Below, piece after piece: positions 61,801-64,000 of a stretch of DNA of 64,000 nucleotides (within the stretch, counting starts at the first letter, position 1; each line of letters opens with the position of its first letter). This DNA comes from Setoptus koraiensis (Eukaryota > Animalia > Arthropoda). The stretch lies in NCBI GenBank assembly GCA_048013815.1, contig CM106585.1:14384001-14448000 (forward strand), in the 5' to 3' direction. The notes beneath the pieces are model-generated. The model was not told the origin of the DNA, searched no databases, and saw only the letters and a program-made list of their open reading frames with translations. The position numbers were made by a program, and so were the translations under genes.

Positions 61801-63251
61801 TTATTTCCATATTTTGTGGCCACATGCTCGCCAATCACGACCGTAATTAGCCTAAGGCCTCGCTAAACGTACTCATATTGAGTGTCTATTGAGCGCTATA
61901 TAATCGTCTGAGCACTAATTGCTCGCCCTGCGCTCATGCCCGGCGTCCGGGCGACTGGGCAAATAAGCGACCGGGCAAATAAGCGACCGGGCCGACGGGC
62001 GACCGGCCAACGTGGGCAAACTGGCAAGCGGGAAAAAGCGGGAAAAGTGGCAAATTGGCGGTTGCAAGTTGGCGCTCGCAGCCGGAAACTGGAAACGGGC
62101 GATCGGCGGGCGAGCGGCGGACAGACGACGGACAGATGATATGGGCACTAGAGTGGATTGCTCTAGAATCCAGAGTCTAGATAGAGAGCTGGCAACGTCG
62201 AGCATTCGAGCGCTCGTTTGCACTTGTGGCGGTCGCCTCTTCGCGTTTCGTGCGCGAATCCACTCAATCGATACATGCAATACCCGGCCATATTCACACA
62301 CTGTCGGGTTTTGTGTCGGGTTTTGTCTCTCATCGGGTCTCGTATCGAGTCTCGCAGCCAGCGAGACAGCGAGCGAGACAGCGAAAGTCGTGATCACGAT
62401 TCGTGCTTCGCGGCCTCAGCCGAGCAGCCAGCTCGCGAGCTCGGCGCTGCACGCCTCGCCAATTCGTCGGACGCAGCCGATTCAGCAGAGTGTGCGAACG
62501 CGTTTGAATGCTAATTGCGTTAACCAATACACGCTCACAAGACCTATTTTATCACCTGTTGCCGTTGTTGCGGTCGTCTCGACAGCCGCTATCTGGCCGA
62601 CAGGTAAGTGAGAAAGTGAAACTAATTTGCGCAATTTGTCAGTGTGGCACTGGCAATGGCATTGGCAGTTGCCGTCGGTGTCGTTGTTGCCGTTGTCGTT
62701 GTTGCCGTTGTCGTTGTTGCCGTTGCCGTTGCCGTTGTTGTTGCCGTTGTTGTTGCTGTTGTTGTTGGTGTTGGTGTCGCTGTGGTGCAAATCCAATTGT
62801 GCAATCACACTACATTTCGCGCTGTTGTTGTATGCGGTCTGGTGGTCGGCCGGCAACAACAACCGACCCCAACAACAATACGAACGCGAACCGTATGACA
62901 ACCAAATGATGCAGCCAACACACTCAAAGTTGTGCCAACAAACGCCGGCCAGCAAGGCCATCAAGGGCACGACTGCCAGTGCAACATTCAGTCGGCCAGT
63001 CGCAAAATTGCACAAACTGGCTTGCCAAATTGGCATGCGTTTCGCGCGGCCAACAACTAACAAGCGACTAATCCATCCAGCTAACTCTGTTCAACAGCGC
63101 CAATTATCGGACCGGCCCGTTGGCGGGCCCGGCCGACGGGCCGGCGCAACGGGCCGACAATTAACGGGCGTGGGGCGAGCGTCGTGCGCCAAACGGAGCG
63201 CAAATACACAAATAAAAAACAGTCTGTCAGTGGACAGTGACCGCGACTCAC

Positions 63252-64000
63252 CTGTGGTTCTGTTGGTCACTATTTGCGAGTCGAGCTCGTCTATGGTGCT
63301 GGTCGTGCTTCGCGCGCTGCTCGCCGTGGTGACGATGGGCGCCGACGACGACCCGATCGACGACTCCTCCACCTCTTGAAACGGCGGGCCGGCCGCGGCC
63401 CACGAGGCTCCCTTCGACGACTGGTTGTTGCTGTTGTTGTTGCCGTTGTTGCTGTTGTTGTTGCCGTTGTTGTTGCCGTTGTTGTTGTTGTTGTTGGGCG
63501 CTAATTGGTTGTTGCCGCGTTGGTGCTGATTGCTGGCAGTTCTCTCTGTGATGCTGAACAAATCTGAGGCGCCAAATTCAAACTCGTTGCCGCTTGCCAA
63601 TGATGCAACTGTTGCATCATTTCCACCACTTCCGGTGTCTGGCGCAAATTGACGCTGGTAGGACAACTGTTTAGTTTGGTGCTGCTTCTGTTGACTAGAC
63701 TGCTGGTTGGCGGCGGGCCTCGTCGCCGCTTGATTGTTGTGATGATGCTGACTGCTCAACTGCTGCTGACGGTTGGCGCTGTTGGCGCTGGTGAGATGAA
63801 GAGTCTGACTGACGGTCGATATGCTCGAGCTTGAGTCCAGCTGGTCAGCGCCGCCGAGCTCGCCGTCTTTCTGCTGTTGCTGCTGCTGTTGCGGTTCCGA
63901 CTGCGGTTCCGGTCGCAGTTCCGGTCGCGGTTCCGGTCGGTCTCTCGGGGTGGGTCTCGACGCGCTTTGGGCCGCCGGAAGGGGCGCGGGCAGCGTGAAC
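63252..64000 (-). CDS. Probable internal coding exon (N/Q/S/T-rich), running off the window end
   Basis: The minus frame is open from the window end (FTLPAPLPAAQSA..) to a canonical ACAG|GTGAGT donor at 63252/63251 (phase 1). Same strand as, and upstream of, the ZP-N exon. Confidence 0.5.

Noticed and set aside
49100-63250. Poly-N/Q/T/C/L and Ala/Arg-rich ORFs in the right zone
   Set aside because: Apart from the ZP-N exon, they are six-frame shadows of (AAC)n, (CA)n and GGCC-rich repeats.
1-64000. tRNA, rRNA, snRNA and conserved miRNA genes
   Set aside because: No match to the conserved motifs I checked by eye. A tRNAscan-SE/Infernal run would be needed to exclude divergent ones.

Overview
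Eukaryotic (arthropod) genomic DNA, most likely a compact, intron-poor mite genome (inference from protein sequences and gene structure). There are three compositional zones. (1) 1-26.6 kb: GC-richer, repeat- and palindrome-rich DNA with no exon I can assign. (2) 26.7-45.4 kb: an AT-rich, gene-dense block. It holds a single-pass membrane protein with neurexin-like stalk and tail motifs but no LNS domains, intronless SF1, a two-exon neuropeptide F gene that the ORF track splits, intronless SNF5/SMARCB1, two-exon WDR24 and intronless TIMMDC1. It also holds two hAT-type MITE families with 8-bp target-site duplications, an inverted pseudogene of the neurexin-like gene and a 1.4-1.5 kb tandem duplication that left a SNF5 pseudogene. 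(3) 45.4-64 kb: a minus-strand ZP-N-domain membrane protein gene with a 6.1-kb intron, more repeat-rich DNA, and a further minus-strand exon running off the window end. No rRNA, tRNA or CRISPR array was recognised. The best leads are the LNS-less neurexin-like gene with its upstream micro-exon/uORF, the NPF gene, and a marked excess of TTACGTAA sites and near-perfect short hairpins in the non-coding flanks.
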